A DNA stretch of 64,000 nt, taken from Gemmatimonadales bacterium (GTDB taxonomy: Bacteria > Gemmatimonadota > Gemmatimonadetes > Gemmatimonadales > GWC2-71-9). Shown piece by piece: positions 37,762 through 47,917 of the stretch (its first letter is position 1; every line of letters starts with the position of its first letter). The DNA lies in assembly GCA_041577295.1 (NCBI GenBank), contig JBFGJG010000026.1, positions 1 through 64,000 on the forward strand. Direction: 5' to 3'. Made by a program: the position numbers and the translations under genes. A model generated the notes under the pieces. The model did no database searches. It was not told the origin of the DNA and was given only the letters and a program-made list of their open reading frames with translations.

Positions 37762-40306
37762 CATCCGGATCTCACTCCCGGTGGAGGGAATGACCTGCGG
37801 CGCATGCGCCGCCACGGTCCAAAAGCACCTTGGCCGGGTACCGGGAGTCCGAGAGGCGGCGGTGAACTTCGCCACGGGGAAGGCCACCGTGACGCTTGCC
37901 GACAGTGGCCCCCAAGTGGCGCAACTGGTCAAGGCCGTGCGGGAGGCCGGCTACGATTGTGCCAAGTCGACGATGTCGTTCGGCGTCACCGGGCTGCATT
38001 ACGCGTCCGGCGTGGCGCGACTCGAGGATGAGTTGACGGCGTTGCCCGGTGTCCTCTCCGCAGTCGCCAATCAGGCCACCGAGCAAGTCCGCGTGGAATA
38101 CGTGCCGGGCTTGGTTGCGTCCCGCGATCTGGAAGAAGCAGTCGCCCGCGCCGGATTTGAGGTCTCGCAACCAGTCGCGGCTGAGGACCCACTCGAGCGC
38201 GAACGTCTGCGGCAGAAACGAGAGTTCCGCTCGTTGTTCGGAAAGTTCGTGGTTGCGGCCGTCGTGGCGGTGCTGACGATGATCGGGTCGATGCCGTTGA
38301 TGGTGAGCATGAGCACCAAGGAACACGACCTCATCGCCCGTGTGCTCGCGCCGCTCAACGACGCGCTTGGTCGACTCCTGCCAGACCTCTACGCGTTTGC
38401 CGCCCGCGAGCCGCAACAGCTCAAGCTTGCCATGTTGCTGCTGTCGATTCCCGTGATGGCGTGGAGTGGCCGACAGTTCTTTCGCGGCGCGTGGAGTGGT
38501 CTGCACCATCGCACGGCAGATATGAACACGCTCATCGCGCTGGGAACGGGGGCGGCTTTCCTGTACTCGACCGTCGCGACCTTGCTCCCCTGGGTGTTCA
38601 CCAGCGCCGGCCTGCCGGCCGATGTGTACTTCGAAGCGGCCAACGCGATCATTGCGCTGATCCTGCTCGGCAGACTGCTCGAAGCAAGGGCCAAAGGTCA
38701 GACCTCGCAGGCGATCCGGCGGTTGTTGGCGCTCCGGCCGAAGACGGCCCGGGTGCAGGTTGACGGTGTGGACCGCGACGTTCCCGTAGAAGAGGTGCAG
38801 GTGGGGGACTTGGTGGTCGTGCGTCCGGGTGACACCATCCCCGTTGATGGCATCGTCACAGGGGGCGAATCCGCGGTCAGCGAGGCGATGCTCACGGGCG
38901 AGCCGATGCCCGTCTCCAAGGCCAGGGGTGCAAGGGTCTTTGGGGGCACGACCAACACCACGGGTTCGCTCCTTGTGAAGGCCACCGCGGTCGGCAAGGA
39001 TACGGCACTCGCGCAGATTGTCCGGTTGGTGGAAGAGGCGCAGGGAACCAAAGCGCCGGTCCAGCGCCTGGCCGACACCGTCGCGGGTGTCTTCGTCCCC
39101 ATCGTTATCGCCATCGCGATCGGCGCTTTTGTGGCATGGTTCGTCTGGGGTCCGGCACCTGCTCTGGTGTTCAGCACGGTGGCGATGGTCACCGTGCTCG
39201 TCATTGCGTGCCCCTGCGCGCTCGGTCTCGCGACGCCGACTGCCATCATGGTGGGAACCGGCAAGGGTGCAGAACACGGGGTCTTGATTCGGGGCGGGGA
39301 CGCGCTGGAATCAGTACAGCGTCTCGACGCGATTGTGTTCGACAAGACTGGTACTCTCACCGAGGGACGACCGTTGGTCACGCACGTCTTGAGCGCGAAG
39401 CGCTCGGATGGTGAGACGGTGAGCGGAACACAGATCCTACGCTTAGCTGCAGCCGTCGAGCGTCGGTCGGAGCACCCGCTAGCTGGCGCGATCGTAGAGG
39501 CGGCGCGTGCCAAGGAACTCGACCTCCCGCCGGTCGAGCGATTTGTCGCGATGGAGGGGCGGGGGGTACGGGGGATCGTCGGCAAGTTCCTCGTCGAGGT
39601 CATCAGCCTTCGGCACGCCGACGAGCGCAACATCGACCTTGGCCGACTGCGTGCAAAAGCACAGCAACACGTCCTCGCCGGACACACCCCAGTGGCGGTG
39701 ATTGCAAACGACGTCGTGCAGGGGGTCATCGTCCTGGCGGATGCGGTGAAGCCACACGCAAAAGAAACGCTGGCCCGCCTGAAAGCCATGGGACTCGAGC
39801 TCTATCTCCTGAGTGGCGACAGCAACGCAGCGGCCGCACTGGTGGCCCAAGAGGTGGGGATCGAGCACTGTCTGGCCGAGGTCGACCCGCGGGACAAGGT
39901 CGAAGAAGTGAAGCGGCTCCAGCGCGATGGACGCCGCGTCGGAATGGTGGGCGACGGTATCAACGACGCTCCGGCGTTGGCTCAGGCCACCGTTGGCTTC
40001 GCGATTGGAACGGGGACCGACGTTGCTGTCGAAGCCTCGGACATCACCTTGATCAAAGGGGATCTGCGTGATGTAGTGACGGCGATCGAGCTATCACGCC
40101 GGACCATGCGGACCATCCGTAGTAATCTGTTCTTTGCCTTCATCTACAACGTCCTGGGGATACCCCTGGCGGCCGGCGTGTTGTATCCATTTACAGGGAT
40201 TCTGCTCAGTCCCATTGTCGCCAGTGCAGCCATGGCGATGTCGAGCCTGAGCGTCGTTGGTAATAGTCTTCGATTGCGTCGCTTCACTCCTTCCCTAGCT
40301 TCGTAA
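37754..40306 (+). CDS. copA: Cu(I)-translocating P1B-type ATPase
   Basis: GMTCGAC metal-binding domain, [31 protein letters not shown]. Confidence 0.95.
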   Translation: MGDIRISLPVEGMTCGACAATVQKHLGRVPGVREAAVNFATGKATVTLADSGPQVAQLVKAVREAGYDCAKSTMSFGVTGLHYASGVARLEDELTALPGVLSAVANQATEQVRVEYVPGLVASRDLEEAVARAGFEVSQPVAAEDPLERERLRQKREFRSLFGKFVVAAVVAVLTMIGSMPLMVSMSTKEHDLIARVLAPLNDALGRLLPDLYAFAAREPQQLKLAMLLLSIPVMAWSGRQFFRGAWSGLHHRTADMNTLIALGTGAAFLYSTVATLLPWVFTSAGLPADVYFEAANAIIALILLGRLLEARAKGQTSQAIRRLLALRPKTARVQVDGVDRDVPVEEVQVGDLVVVRPGDTIPVDGIVTGGESAVSEAMLTGEPMPVSKARGARVFGGTTNTTGSLLVKATAVGKDTALAQIVRLVEEAQGTKAPVQRLADTVAGVFVPIVIAIAIGAFVAWFVWGPAPALVFSTVAMVTVLVIACPCALGLATPTAIMVGTGKGAEHGVLIRGGDALESVQRLDAIVFDKTGTLTEGRPLVTHVLSAKRSDGETVSGTQILRLAAAVERRSEHPLAGAIVEAARAKELDLPPVERFVAMEGRGVRGIVGKFLVEVISLRHADERNIDLGRLRAKAQQHVLAGHTPVAVIANDVVQGVIVLADAVKPHAKETLARLKAMGLELYLLSGDSNAAAALVAQEVGIEHCLAEVDPRDKVEEVKRLQRDGRRVGMVGDGINDAPALAQATVGFAIGTGTDVAVEASDITLIKGDLRDVVTAIELSRRTMRTIRSNLFFAFIYNVLGIPLAAGVLYPFTGILLSPIVASAAMAMSSLSVVGNSLRLRRFTPSLAS

Positions 40307-40309
40307 CCT

Positions 40310-40600
40310 ATGCGCTACTTTCATCGAACATCGCTTTCCATCGACGATGTTTTGGCAGCTGCCGATCGGTATTTTGGCGAGCGGCTGGCATCGGAATCAT
40401 CGGGCGACAAGACGAGGACCTTCGCGGGGACGATGGGACGGGTCACCGTCACCGTTCGCGCCGAGGGTGGCCACTACACGCTCATCACGATCGCGACCGA
40501 CCAGGTTGGGGAAAGCGAGCTGGACAAGGTGTCGAAACGCTTCCTGAGCGTGGTGCATCGACAGGTGAACAAGGATCACGTCATACGGGGATCGTACTGA
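40310..40600 (+). CDS. Hypothetical protein
   Basis: 96-aa ORF tightly packed between copA and copZ with high-GC codon usage. Confidence 0.75.
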   Translation: MRYFHRTSLSIDDVLAAADRYFGERLASESSGDKTRTFAGTMGRVTVTVRAEGGHYTLITIATDQVGESELDKVSKRFLSVVHRQVNKDHVIRGSY

Positions 40601-40610
40601 GGAGGGAAGC

Positions 40611-40826
40611 ATGTCTGTCCACCTCGTGGTGCGCGGGATGACCTGCCTGCACTGCCGGAGGTCCGTGGAGGACTCGTTGCGGGGCGTCCGGGGGGTGTGG
40701 GGGGCGGCCGTCGATCTCGAGCACGGCTCCGCCGAGGTGGAGTGCGATCCTACGCAGGTGCAACCCGAGCAGCTCGTGGAGGCGATCAGGGGATCGGGCT
40801 ATGATGCGGAGGTTGCCCACGCATGA
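40611..40826 (+). CDS. copZ: Heavy-metal-associated (CopZ-like) copper chaperone
   Basis: GMTCLHC motif, GYD near C-terminus, GGAGG RBS. Confidence 0.88.
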   Translation: MSVHLVVRGMTCLHCRRSVEDSLRGVRGVWGAAVDLEHGSAEVECDPTQVQPEQLVEAIRGSGYDAEVAHA

Positions 40827-41869
40827 GCCACGGGGAGGGCGCTGCCACCGCCTCGGCCATCCCCGCCGGACTGAGCCGAGAACAACTCCTCGAGATCTAC
40901 TACTACCTCCGCCTCACCCGCACGCTCGAAGATCGACTCGTCAACCTGTACCGTCAGGGCAAGGTGATTGGCGGCCTCTATCGCTCTCTCGGTCAAGAGG
41001 GAGAGAGTGTAGCCAGCGCGTACACGCTAAAGAGCGGCGACGTGATGTCCCCCTTGATCCGCAACCTCGGATCGATGCTCGTGCGCGGGGCCAAACCCGT
41101 GGAGATCCTGCGGCAGTACATGGCCAAGGGCACGAGCCCCACCCATGGGCGGGAGATGAACGTCCACTTCAACGATCTCGAATTGGGGTACCTCGGACAG
41201 ATCTCGCACCTCGGTGACATGGTCCCGGTGATGGCGGGGATAGCCCTGAGCTTCAAGATGCGGGGCGAGCCCCGTGTGGGTTTGGTCTATGTAGGTGATG
41301 GAGCGACGAGCGCCGGAGCCTTTCACGAGGGCATCAACCTAGCGGCGGTGTTACGCGTCCCGCTGGTCGTAATTGTCGAGCACAACGGCTACGCCTATTC
41401 AACACCTACTGCGCAGCAAACCGCCGTAAAGCGGCTCGCGCATAAAGCGCTTGCCTACGGGATTCCAGGACACATGGTGGACGGCAACGACGTGGTGGCA
41501 GTGTATGAGATCACCAAACAGCTCGTCGAGCGGGCACGAGATGGTGGAGGTGTGAGTCTCCTCGAAGTCGTCACGTACCGGCGGAAGGGGCACGCCGAAC
41601 ATGATGACCAGCGATATCAGCCCAAGGACGAGATTGACTCCTGGGAGCGTAACGACCCCGTCGACCGCTACGTGAACCGTGTCACAGGTGAAGGGTGGAT
41701 CTCGACAGAGGAGCTGGCTGAGCTCGACGCGCGTGTGTCGGATGAGCTGGCCGCCGCGGTGGCAGAATGCGAGCACGATTCGTTGCCGGAAGGTGACACA
41801 GCGTTGCCAAGCGTCTACGCGCATCCAACCGAAGCCGAACGTCTATGGTTCCGGAGGCTCGATGTCTGA
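40823..41869 (+). CDS. 2-oxoacid (pyruvate/branched-chain) dehydrogenase E1 alpha subunit
   Basis: GQEG, GDGATS..FHEG.N, HN.YAYSTP, VDGNDV, TYR..GHAEHD. Confidence 0.93.
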   Translation: MSHGEGAATASAIPAGLSREQLLEIYYYLRLTRTLEDRLVNLYRQGKVIGGLYRSLGQEGESVASAYTLKSGDVMSPLIRNLGSMLVRGAKPVEILRQYMAKGTSPTHGREMNVHFNDLELGYLGQISHLGDMVPVMAGIALSFKMRGEPRVGLVYVGDGATSAGAFHEGINLAAVLRVPLVVIVEHNGYAYSTPTAQQTAVKRLAHKALAYGIPGHMVDGNDVVAVYEITKQLVERARDGGGVSLLEVVTYRRKGHAEHDDQRYQPKDEIDSWERNDPVDRYVNRVTGEGWISTEELAELDARVSDELAAAVAECEHDSLPEGDTALPSVYAHPTEAERLWFRRLDV

Positions 41870-42842
41870 GGTGACGTATCTCGAAGCACTGCGTCAGGGC
41901 TTGTGGGAAGAGATGGAGCGCGACGATCGGGTCTTTCTCATTGGCGAGGATATCGGACGCTACGGCGGAGCGTTCAAGGTCACCGACGGGTTTCTGGAGC
42001 GGTTTGGTGACTCGCGCGTGATCGACACGCCAATCTCCGAGGCGGCGATCGTTGGCGCATCAGCGGGTGCGGCGCACATGGGGTTTCGCCCCGTGGCGGA
42101 GATGCAGTTCATCGATTTCATCTCGTGCGCCTACGACATCCTCACCAACTACGTCGCCACGGCGCGGTATCGGGCGGGCCTCTCGACCCCGATCGTCGTC
42201 CGAGGTCCCTCCGGCGGTTTTGTCCGTGGGGGGCCGTTCCATTCGCAGATGCCCGAGGCGGCGTTCTTCCACACGCCTGGACTCAAGCTCGTGTGTCCTG
42301 CGACGGCGCGGGATGCCAAAGGCCTCATCAAGGCGGCAATCCGTGACGAGGATCCGGTGATCTACTTCGAGCACAAGTTCCTGTATCGCCGCATCAAGGA
42401 GGACCTGCCTGAGGGCGAGGAGATCCTGACGCCCATCGGCAAGGCCAACATCGTCCGGGAGGGATCCGATCTGACGATCGTGACGTGGTCCGCCATGCTG
42501 TGGAAGTGCTTGGAGGCGGCCGAGCAGATCGAACAGCTAGACGGAGCGTCAGTAGAAGTGTTGGACCTCCGCACGTTGCTGCCGATGGATGAAGATGCCA
42601 TCGTCACGTCGGTCAAGAAGACCAACAAAGTGTTGATTGTGCACGAAGACACGCGAACTGGCGGGGTGGCTGGAGAGATCACATCTCGGATCAACGAGCG
42701 CGCCTTCGAGTGGCTCGACGGTCCCATCATGCGGGTGACGGCGCACGACACGCCGCTGCCATACTCGCCGCCGCTCGAAGACTTCGTGCTCCCACAGACC
42801 GGCGACGTGGTGAAAGCCGCACGATGGCTGCTGCAATACTGA
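41862..42842 (+). CDS. 2-oxoacid dehydrogenase E1 beta subunit
   Basis: GEDIG.YGG.FKVT, DTPISE, EMQF.DF, HSQ, FEHK, DLRTL.P. Confidence 0.94.
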   Translation: MSEVTYLEALRQGLWEEMERDDRVFLIGEDIGRYGGAFKVTDGFLERFGDSRVIDTPISEAAIVGASAGAAHMGFRPVAEMQFIDFISCAYDILTNYVATARYRAGLSTPIVVRGPSGGFVRGGPFHSQMPEAAFFHTPGLKLVCPATARDAKGLIKAAIRDEDPVIYFEHKFLYRRIKEDLPEGEEILTPIGKANIVREGSDLTIVTWSAMLWKCLEAAEQIEQLDGASVEVLDLRTLLPMDEDAIVTSVKKTNKVLIVHEDTRTGGVAGEITSRINERAFEWLDGPIMRVTAHDTPLPYSPPLEDFVLPQTGDVVKAARWLLQY

Positions 42843-42844
42843 GA

Positions 42845-42911
42845 AGCGGTAGAGCAGTGAGCAGGCCACCGCTGCTCCAGAACTGCTGACTCACCGCTCA
42901 CCGCTCACTGC
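42845..42911. repeat. 7-bp-period repeats (GCGGTGA/GCAGTGA and complement) at the 3' end of the Y1-like gene
   Basis: gcagtgagc (42854-42862) complementary to gctcactgc (42903-42911); tcaccgc tcaccgc tcactgc tandem. Confidence 0.65.
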
Positions 42912-43298
42912 CTTTCTCCGTGCCGCCAGCCAACGGCGCACGGCGATCACGGCGGGCCCGTTGGAGAGCACGCTGCACCACGCCCATCCATCCCACAGCT
43001 TGCCACCGCTGCGAGCGGCCATTCCAGCGTCCCGGACGACCCGCGTTGTCAGGGTCTGCACGCGCCGAATGATCGCTTTTCGCGAGGCCGTGGCAGGCGC
43101 GCACACGAGCACATGCACGCGATTGGGTGCGAGGAGGACGGACTCGATCCGCCAGCCTGAACCGCGGCTACGAGCGCGAATGGTCCGCTCGCAGAATCGA
43201 GCAGCCTCGGGTATCTTACACAATTGGACGCGACGATAGGTCGGCCACACGACGTGACACCACTTCGTTGCTCCATGCCGCGTTGGTTTGCGCTGCAT
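42891..43298 (-). mobile_element. IS200/IS605 TnpA (Y1 HUH)-like protein with degenerate catalytic residues
   Basis: HVVWPTYRR ~ HIVFxxKYRR; GWRIES...PNRVHVLV.AP ~ PDHVHLLV..P; KLW; VRRWL in place of the catalytic Y-I-x-x-Q helix; no tnpB. Confidence 0.75.
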
Positions 43299-43398
43299 GG
43301 TATCATCGTGTCACACGCGACGGATCGCCACATACCCGAAACGACGCACCAGCAGCGCAAATTCCCGTGCCGCGAGGCGGGATGCCAGGAGACACCGG

Positions 43399-44754
43399 AT
43401 GGCTCGTGTAGATGTGATCATGCCTCAGATGGGTGAATCGATCGCCGAGGGAACGGTCTCCCGGTGGTTGAAGAAGGTGGGGGAAGAGGTAAAGCGCGAC
43501 GAACCCATTCTCGAGATCTCCACGGACAAGGTGGACGCCGAGATTCCGTCACCGGCCGGCGGTGTCCTGGCAGAGATCAAGGTGGAAGAGGGCCAGACGG
43601 TGGAGGTTCAAACCGTCGTCGCGGTGATCGAGACCGATGGGACCGCCGCCGGCGCGGGAAGCGGCTCGGCGGCTGCCGCGGAGAAGGCCGCACCGGCCGA
43701 GCCCCCCAAAGCGGCCGAGCAAAAAGCAGTGGTCAAGGAAGCGCCTTCGTCCGTTCCTGAGAAACCGGCAGCGGCTCCGGCGGCTGCTCGCGCAGGTGGT
43801 GCCGGGGACGGGCGGCAGGAGTCGATGGAGGAGCGGTTGCGCCGGCGGTCGACCCCGCTGGTTCGCAAGATCGCCGCCGAACACGACGTCGACATCAGCC
43901 GCATCGAGGGAAGTGGATACGCGGGGCGGGTGACCAAGAAGGACATCCTTGCCTATCTCGAGACTGGTCCGCAGGAACGAGTGGCGGCTGCGCGGGCTCC
44001 CGCAGCGGCGGCCCCGTCGGACGTGCAGCATCCGACGGTGGCGCCATGGCCTGGCGATCGGGTCGAGCCAATGAGCCGGATTCGCAAGCTGACGGCCGAT
44101 CACATGGTCCTGTCGCGGCGCATCTCGGCGCACGTAACTAGCTACTACGAAGTGGACTTCTCCACGGTCGCCAAGGTGCGCAAGCTGAAGAAGAAGGAAT
44201 ACGAGGACCGTGGTGCCAAGCTCACGTTCTTGACGTTCATCGTGAAAACGATCGCCGATCAGCTTCGGCGGCACCCGGTGCTCAACTCCTCGGTAAGCGG
44301 TGATTCGATCATCTACCGCCAATCGATCAATATCGGGATCGCGGTCGCGCTCGATTGGGGGCTAATCGTGCCGGTGGTCAAGCAGGCGGATGAGCTGTCG
44401 CTCCTGGGGATTTCCAAGAGGATGGCAGATCTGGCCGAGCGGGCACGCACCAAGCGGCTGAACCCGGACGAAGTGCAACACGGGACGTTTACCATCACCA
44501 ATCCTGGTGTGTTCGGCTCTTACATCGGCGCGCCAATCATCAATCAGCCACAAGTGGCGATCCTGGGTGTGGGCTCGATTGAAAAGCGCCCCAAGGTCAT
44601 TACCCTGGAGGATGGGCAGGACGTCATCGCCATTCGAACGATGGGAATGCTCTCGCTTTCTTACGATCACCGTGTGGTCGATGGTGCGGACGCCGACCGT
44701 TTCATGTCCGATGTCAAGCGAGACCTCGAGCACCTGCCCGAGGGGTCGGTTTAG
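43399..44754 (+). CDS. Dihydrolipoamide acyltransferase (E2) of 2-oxoacid dehydrogenase
   Basis: Lipoyl domain EISTDKVDAE, E3-binding TPLVRKIA..GSG..GRVTKKD, catalytic DHRVVDG. Confidence 0.95.
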   Translation: MARVDVIMPQMGESIAEGTVSRWLKKVGEEVKRDEPILEISTDKVDAEIPSPAGGVLAEIKVEEGQTVEVQTVVAVIETDGTAAGAGSGSAAAAEKAAPAEPPKAAEQKAVVKEAPSSVPEKPAAAPAAARAGGAGDGRQESMEERLRRRSTPLVRKIAAEHDVDISRIEGSGYAGRVTKKDILAYLETGPQERVAAARAPAAAAPSDVQHPTVAPWPGDRVEPMSRIRKLTADHMVLSRRISAHVTSYYEVDFSTVAKVRKLKKKEYEDRGAKLTFLTFIVKTIADQLRRHPVLNSSVSGDSIIYRQSINIGIAVALDWGLIVPVVKQADELSLLGISKRMADLAERARTKRLNPDEVQHGTFTITNPGVFGSYIGAPIINQPQVAILGVGSIEKRPKVITLEDGQDVIAIRTMGMLSLSYDHRVVDGADADRFMSDVKRDLEHLPEGSV

Positions 44755-44756
44755 CC

Positions 44757-45032
44757 ATGGCGCGACGAACTATCGAGGTCGAAGGCGAAGAGTGGCACGT
44801 GTACCCATCCGGTCGTGTAACGGTGTACGACCGCGACGAGTTTGGGCTCGTCTTTGAAAAGGGTACCGGCCAAGCACGTGTCAGGCGGGTGACGCGGTTT
44901 TCGCCTTTGGGAGCGCGCCGATGGGATGCCGCGCTCGCCGAACTCTCCGATGCACGCCTGATCGAGTATTTCCGGCAGTCGCAGCCAGCTAGGACCAGTC
45001 CCGAGACCCAGTACGGACGGGCCACGGCATAG
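44757..45032 (+). CDS. Hypothetical protein
   Basis: 91-aa ORF spaced 2 nt and 1 nt from its neighbours. Confidence 0.75.
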   Translation: MARRTIEVEGEEWHVYPSGRVTVYDRDEFGLVFEKGTGQARVRRVTRFSPLGARRWDAALAELSDARLIEYFRQSQPARTSPETQYGRATA

Positions 45033-45033
45033 C

Positions 45034-45882
45034 GTGGCGGTCGTCGACCTCCATCTCCACTCCACGGCGTCTGACGGCACCGAGGCGCCCGCCCACGTGG
45101 TGCGGCGCGCCGCGGACGCTGGGCTTTCCGCGATCGCACTCACCGACCACGACACGTTGGGGGGTGTGGAGGAAGCAGTAGCCGCTGGCGCGTCCATGGG
45201 ACTGCGGGTCGTTCCGGGATGCGAGTTTTCGGTGGCTGCCCGCTGGGGCGAAATGCATCTCCTCGGGTACCAGTTACCGCTGTCGTCACCAGCACTCGAC
45301 CGCTTTCTCGCAGATCAGCGTGAGCAGCGACGTCTGCGGGCGGTCGAGATCGTGCGTCGGCTTCATCGAGCGGGCATCGCCGTCACCATGGACGATGTGA
45401 TGCGAGAGGCAAACGGTGGCGCGCTGGGCCGCCCTCACGTCGCGCGGGCGCTGTTGGCGCGGGACGTCGTCCCGGACATGCAAGCGGCGTTCACCAAGTA
45501 TCTGAGTCCTGGCCGCGTCGCCTTCGTGCCGAAGCAGCTTCCTCGCGTGGCAGCCGTGACCGAGCTCGTGCGATCGGTTGGAGGCGTGACATCAGCGGCA
45601 CACCTCAAGGACCGGGGAGTGCGCGCTGTGCTGCTGGAGCTAAAACGACAGGGCGTGGATGGCGTCGAAGTCCTGCACCCGTCGCACGACGCATTCAGCG
45701 CATCGTCACTCGGCGCGCTGGCGCGCGACTGCGGACTCTTGAGCACCGGTGGATCGGATTGGCATGGCGTCGTGGATGGTGAGGAACGGGTGCCGCTCGG
45801 GTCGATGAACGTTCCGGCGCTCTGGCTCGAGGAGCTCGAGGCAGTTGCCGCGAGCCGCGCCACTACGCGGAGTGGGGGGTAA
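45034..45882 (+). CDS. PHP-domain phosphoesterase (YciV/TrpH-like)
   Basis: DLHLHSTASDG, LTDHDT, E.HLLG, GRPHVA, TGGSDWHG. Confidence 0.92.
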   Translation: MAVVDLHLHSTASDGTEAPAHVVRRAADAGLSAIALTDHDTLGGVEEAVAAGASMGLRVVPGCEFSVAARWGEMHLLGYQLPLSSPALDRFLADQREQRRLRAVEIVRRLHRAGIAVTMDDVMREANGGALGRPHVARALLARDVVPDMQAAFTKYLSPGRVAFVPKQLPRVAAVTELVRSVGGVTSAAHLKDRGVRAVLLELKRQGVDGVEVLHPSHDAFSASSLGALARDCGLLSTGGSDWHGVVDGEERVPLGSMNVPALWLEELEAVAASRATTRSGG

Positions 45883-45893
45883 CGCGCGGGTCC

Positions 45894-46289
45894 TTGTATC
45901 TTACGACCATCATGCGCAGGCCTCGGAAGCGGCCAGAGCGGCGCTTTCGCCCGGAACCGATCGACCGACCGGTGCACGCCAAGCGGGCCATTGAGCTCTT
46001 CAATGCGGGAGCGTACTGGGAGGCACACGAGGAATTGGAGTGCATCTGGCGATCGGTGCGTCCCGAGGCCGAGGCTATAGTAATTCAAGGTCTCATTCAA
46101 GCAGCGGCGGCGCTGTTGCACCGAGAGCGCGGGAACCTGCACGGCGTGTCGACGCTTGGTAAGGCAGGACTCAGCAAGCTCGCGGGACCGCAACATCCCG
46201 CGGTCGAGTTTGAAACCGTGGCATTCCACCGGGAGCTCGAACAAACGCTGTTCCACGGTGGTCCGCCGCCCACTCTTCGCTTGAGGTAG
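45894..46289 (+). CDS. DUF309-like protein
   Basis: LFN...YWEAHEELE.IW, QGLIQAAAA..H...GN. Confidence 0.88.
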   Translation: MYLTTIMRRPRKRPERRFRPEPIDRPVHAKRAIELFNAGAYWEAHEELECIWRSVRPEAEAIVIQGLIQAAAALLHRERGNLHGVSTLGKAGLSKLAGPQHPAVEFETVAFHRELEQTLFHGGPPPTLRLR

Positions 46290-46291
46290 CA

Positions 46292-47272
46292 GTGACAACG
46301 GAAACAACCGGGAAGCAGCAGTATGACGTCATCGTGGTTGGCGCTGGGCCGGCTGGGCTCTGCGCCGCCATGTATGCAGGGCGGGGGATGCTCAACACGC
46401 TGCTCATAGAACGCGGCGCTCCGGGCGGCGAGCTCCTCAACACCGAGTTGATCGAAGATTATATCGGCTTCGAGAGTATCCGGGGACTCGAGCTGGCAGA
46501 GAAGATGACCGAACACGCCAAGAAGTTTGGCGCCAACATTGTCACCGACACCGTGGTTTCGGTGGCCAAGCGGGACGACGGCGACTTCGACGTGGAGACG
46601 GAGCTAGGCAAGACCTATACGGCGCCAGCGGTCATCATCACGGCTGGCGGAACACCGCGAAAGCTGAACGTGCCTGGGGAACTCGAGTATGCGGGCCGGG
46701 GCGTGTCGTACTGCGCCGTATGTGACGGAGCGTTCTTCAAAGGTGAAGTGTTGGCGGTGATCGGTGGAGGCGACGCCGCGACCGAGGAAGCCGACTACCT
46801 GACACGCTATGCGAAAAAGGTCTACATCATCCACCGCCGTGACGAATTTCGCGCATCGCCAATTCTCCAGAAGCGCGCGTTCAACAACCCCAAGATCGAA
46901 GTCATCTGGAACAAAGTCGTCGAAGAGGTCGAAGGCGATCCCAAAGGCGTGAACCACCTTCGGTTGCGCGATACGGCGACGGGGGAGGAAACTCGGCTGG
47001 CGGTTGGCGGTGTGTTCATCTTCATTGGGTTCCTGCCAAACTCTGGCATCATCAAAGGGCACTTCGAGCACGACGCCACCGGTTACATCGTGACGGACAC
47101 GAACATGATGACGTCGATCCCGGGGCTCTTCGCCGCGGGAGACCTACGTGTCCAGCTCACCCGGCAGATCACGACTGCTGTGGGTGATGCCACCACCGCA
47201 GCGATTGCGGTGCAGAAATACCTGGCGGAGCGGAAAGAACAGCAGGAGCAAGAGGCCGTTGCTTCGACCTAA
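46292..47272 (+). CDS. trxB: Thioredoxin-disulfide reductase
   Basis: GAGPAG, GVSYCAVCDG, GGGD.A.EEA, HRRDEFRA, AAGD, RQ..TA.G. Confidence 0.95.
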   Translation: MTTETTGKQQYDVIVVGAGPAGLCAAMYAGRGMLNTLLIERGAPGGELLNTELIEDYIGFESIRGLELAEKMTEHAKKFGANIVTDTVVSVAKRDDGDFDVETELGKTYTAPAVIITAGGTPRKLNVPGELEYAGRGVSYCAVCDGAFFKGEVLAVIGGGDAATEEADYLTRYAKKVYIIHRRDEFRASPILQKRAFNNPKIEVIWNKVVEEVEGDPKGVNHLRLRDTATGEETRLAVGGVFIFIGFLPNSGIIKGHFEHDATGYIVTDTNMMTSIPGLFAAGDLRVQLTRQITTAVGDATTAAIAVQKYLAERKEQQEQEAVAST

Positions 47273-47909
47273 GGTGATTTGCCTGACCAACGGTGTCTTC
47301 CAGGAGAACTGTTACCTCGTCGCCGATCCCGAGCGTGGGGAAGCGGTCATCATCGATCCCGGTGAGGAGGTAAGTCTCTTTCTCCGGCGGCTCGAGACGG
47401 AGCGGCTCGAGCTCCGTGCGGTCTGGCTCACGCACGCCCACCTCGATCACATCCTGGGCGTCCAGAAGGTGGTCGATGCCACGAACGCTCCCGTCGCGCT
47501 GCACCCGGCCGACCGATCTCTCTACGACGGAATTGCGCGCCAAGGCGACTGGCTGGGCTACCGGGACCTCGCGACTCCCCCGGCACCGACGCACGACCTG
47601 CGCAAGGGGGAGACGGTCTCGGTAGGGCAGCTCGGTTTCGAGGTCCGGCACGTCCCCGGGCACAGCCCGGGTAGCGTGGCCTTCGTCGGGCACGGGGTGG
47701 CCATTGTCGGCGACGCGTTGTTCGCTGGATCGATCGGCAGAACGGACCTTCCCGGGGGAAATGCGGTGACGCTGCTCGAGAGCATCCGCACTCAACTCCT
47801 CAGCCTGCCCGACGAGACGGTGGTCTATGCCGGTCACGGACCGGAAACGACGATCGGCCGAGAGCGGGCCACCAATCCCTTTCTGACGGGAGAGGTTCGC
47901 GTTGTCTGA
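47259..47909 (+). CDS. MBL-fold metallo-hydrolase (glyoxalase II-like)
   Basis: THAHLDH, PGHSPG, GDALFAGSIGRTD, GHGP.TTIG.E...NPFL; TTG start overlapping trxB end. Confidence 0.92.
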   Translation: MLRPKVICLTNGVFQENCYLVADPERGEAVIIDPGEEVSLFLRRLETERLELRAVWLTHAHLDHILGVQKVVDATNAPVALHPADRSLYDGIARQGDWLGYRDLATPPAPTHDLRKGETVSVGQLGFEVRHVPGHSPGSVAFVGHGVAIVGDALFAGSIGRTDLPGGNAVTLLESIRTQLLSLPDETVVYAGHGPETTIGRERATNPFLTGEVRVV

Positions 47910-47917
47910 AGTCGAGC

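Noticed and set aside
42891..43298. Active IS200/IS605 element with TnpB or omega-RNA
   Set aside because: HUH and catalytic Tyr are missing, and there is no tnpB or room for one
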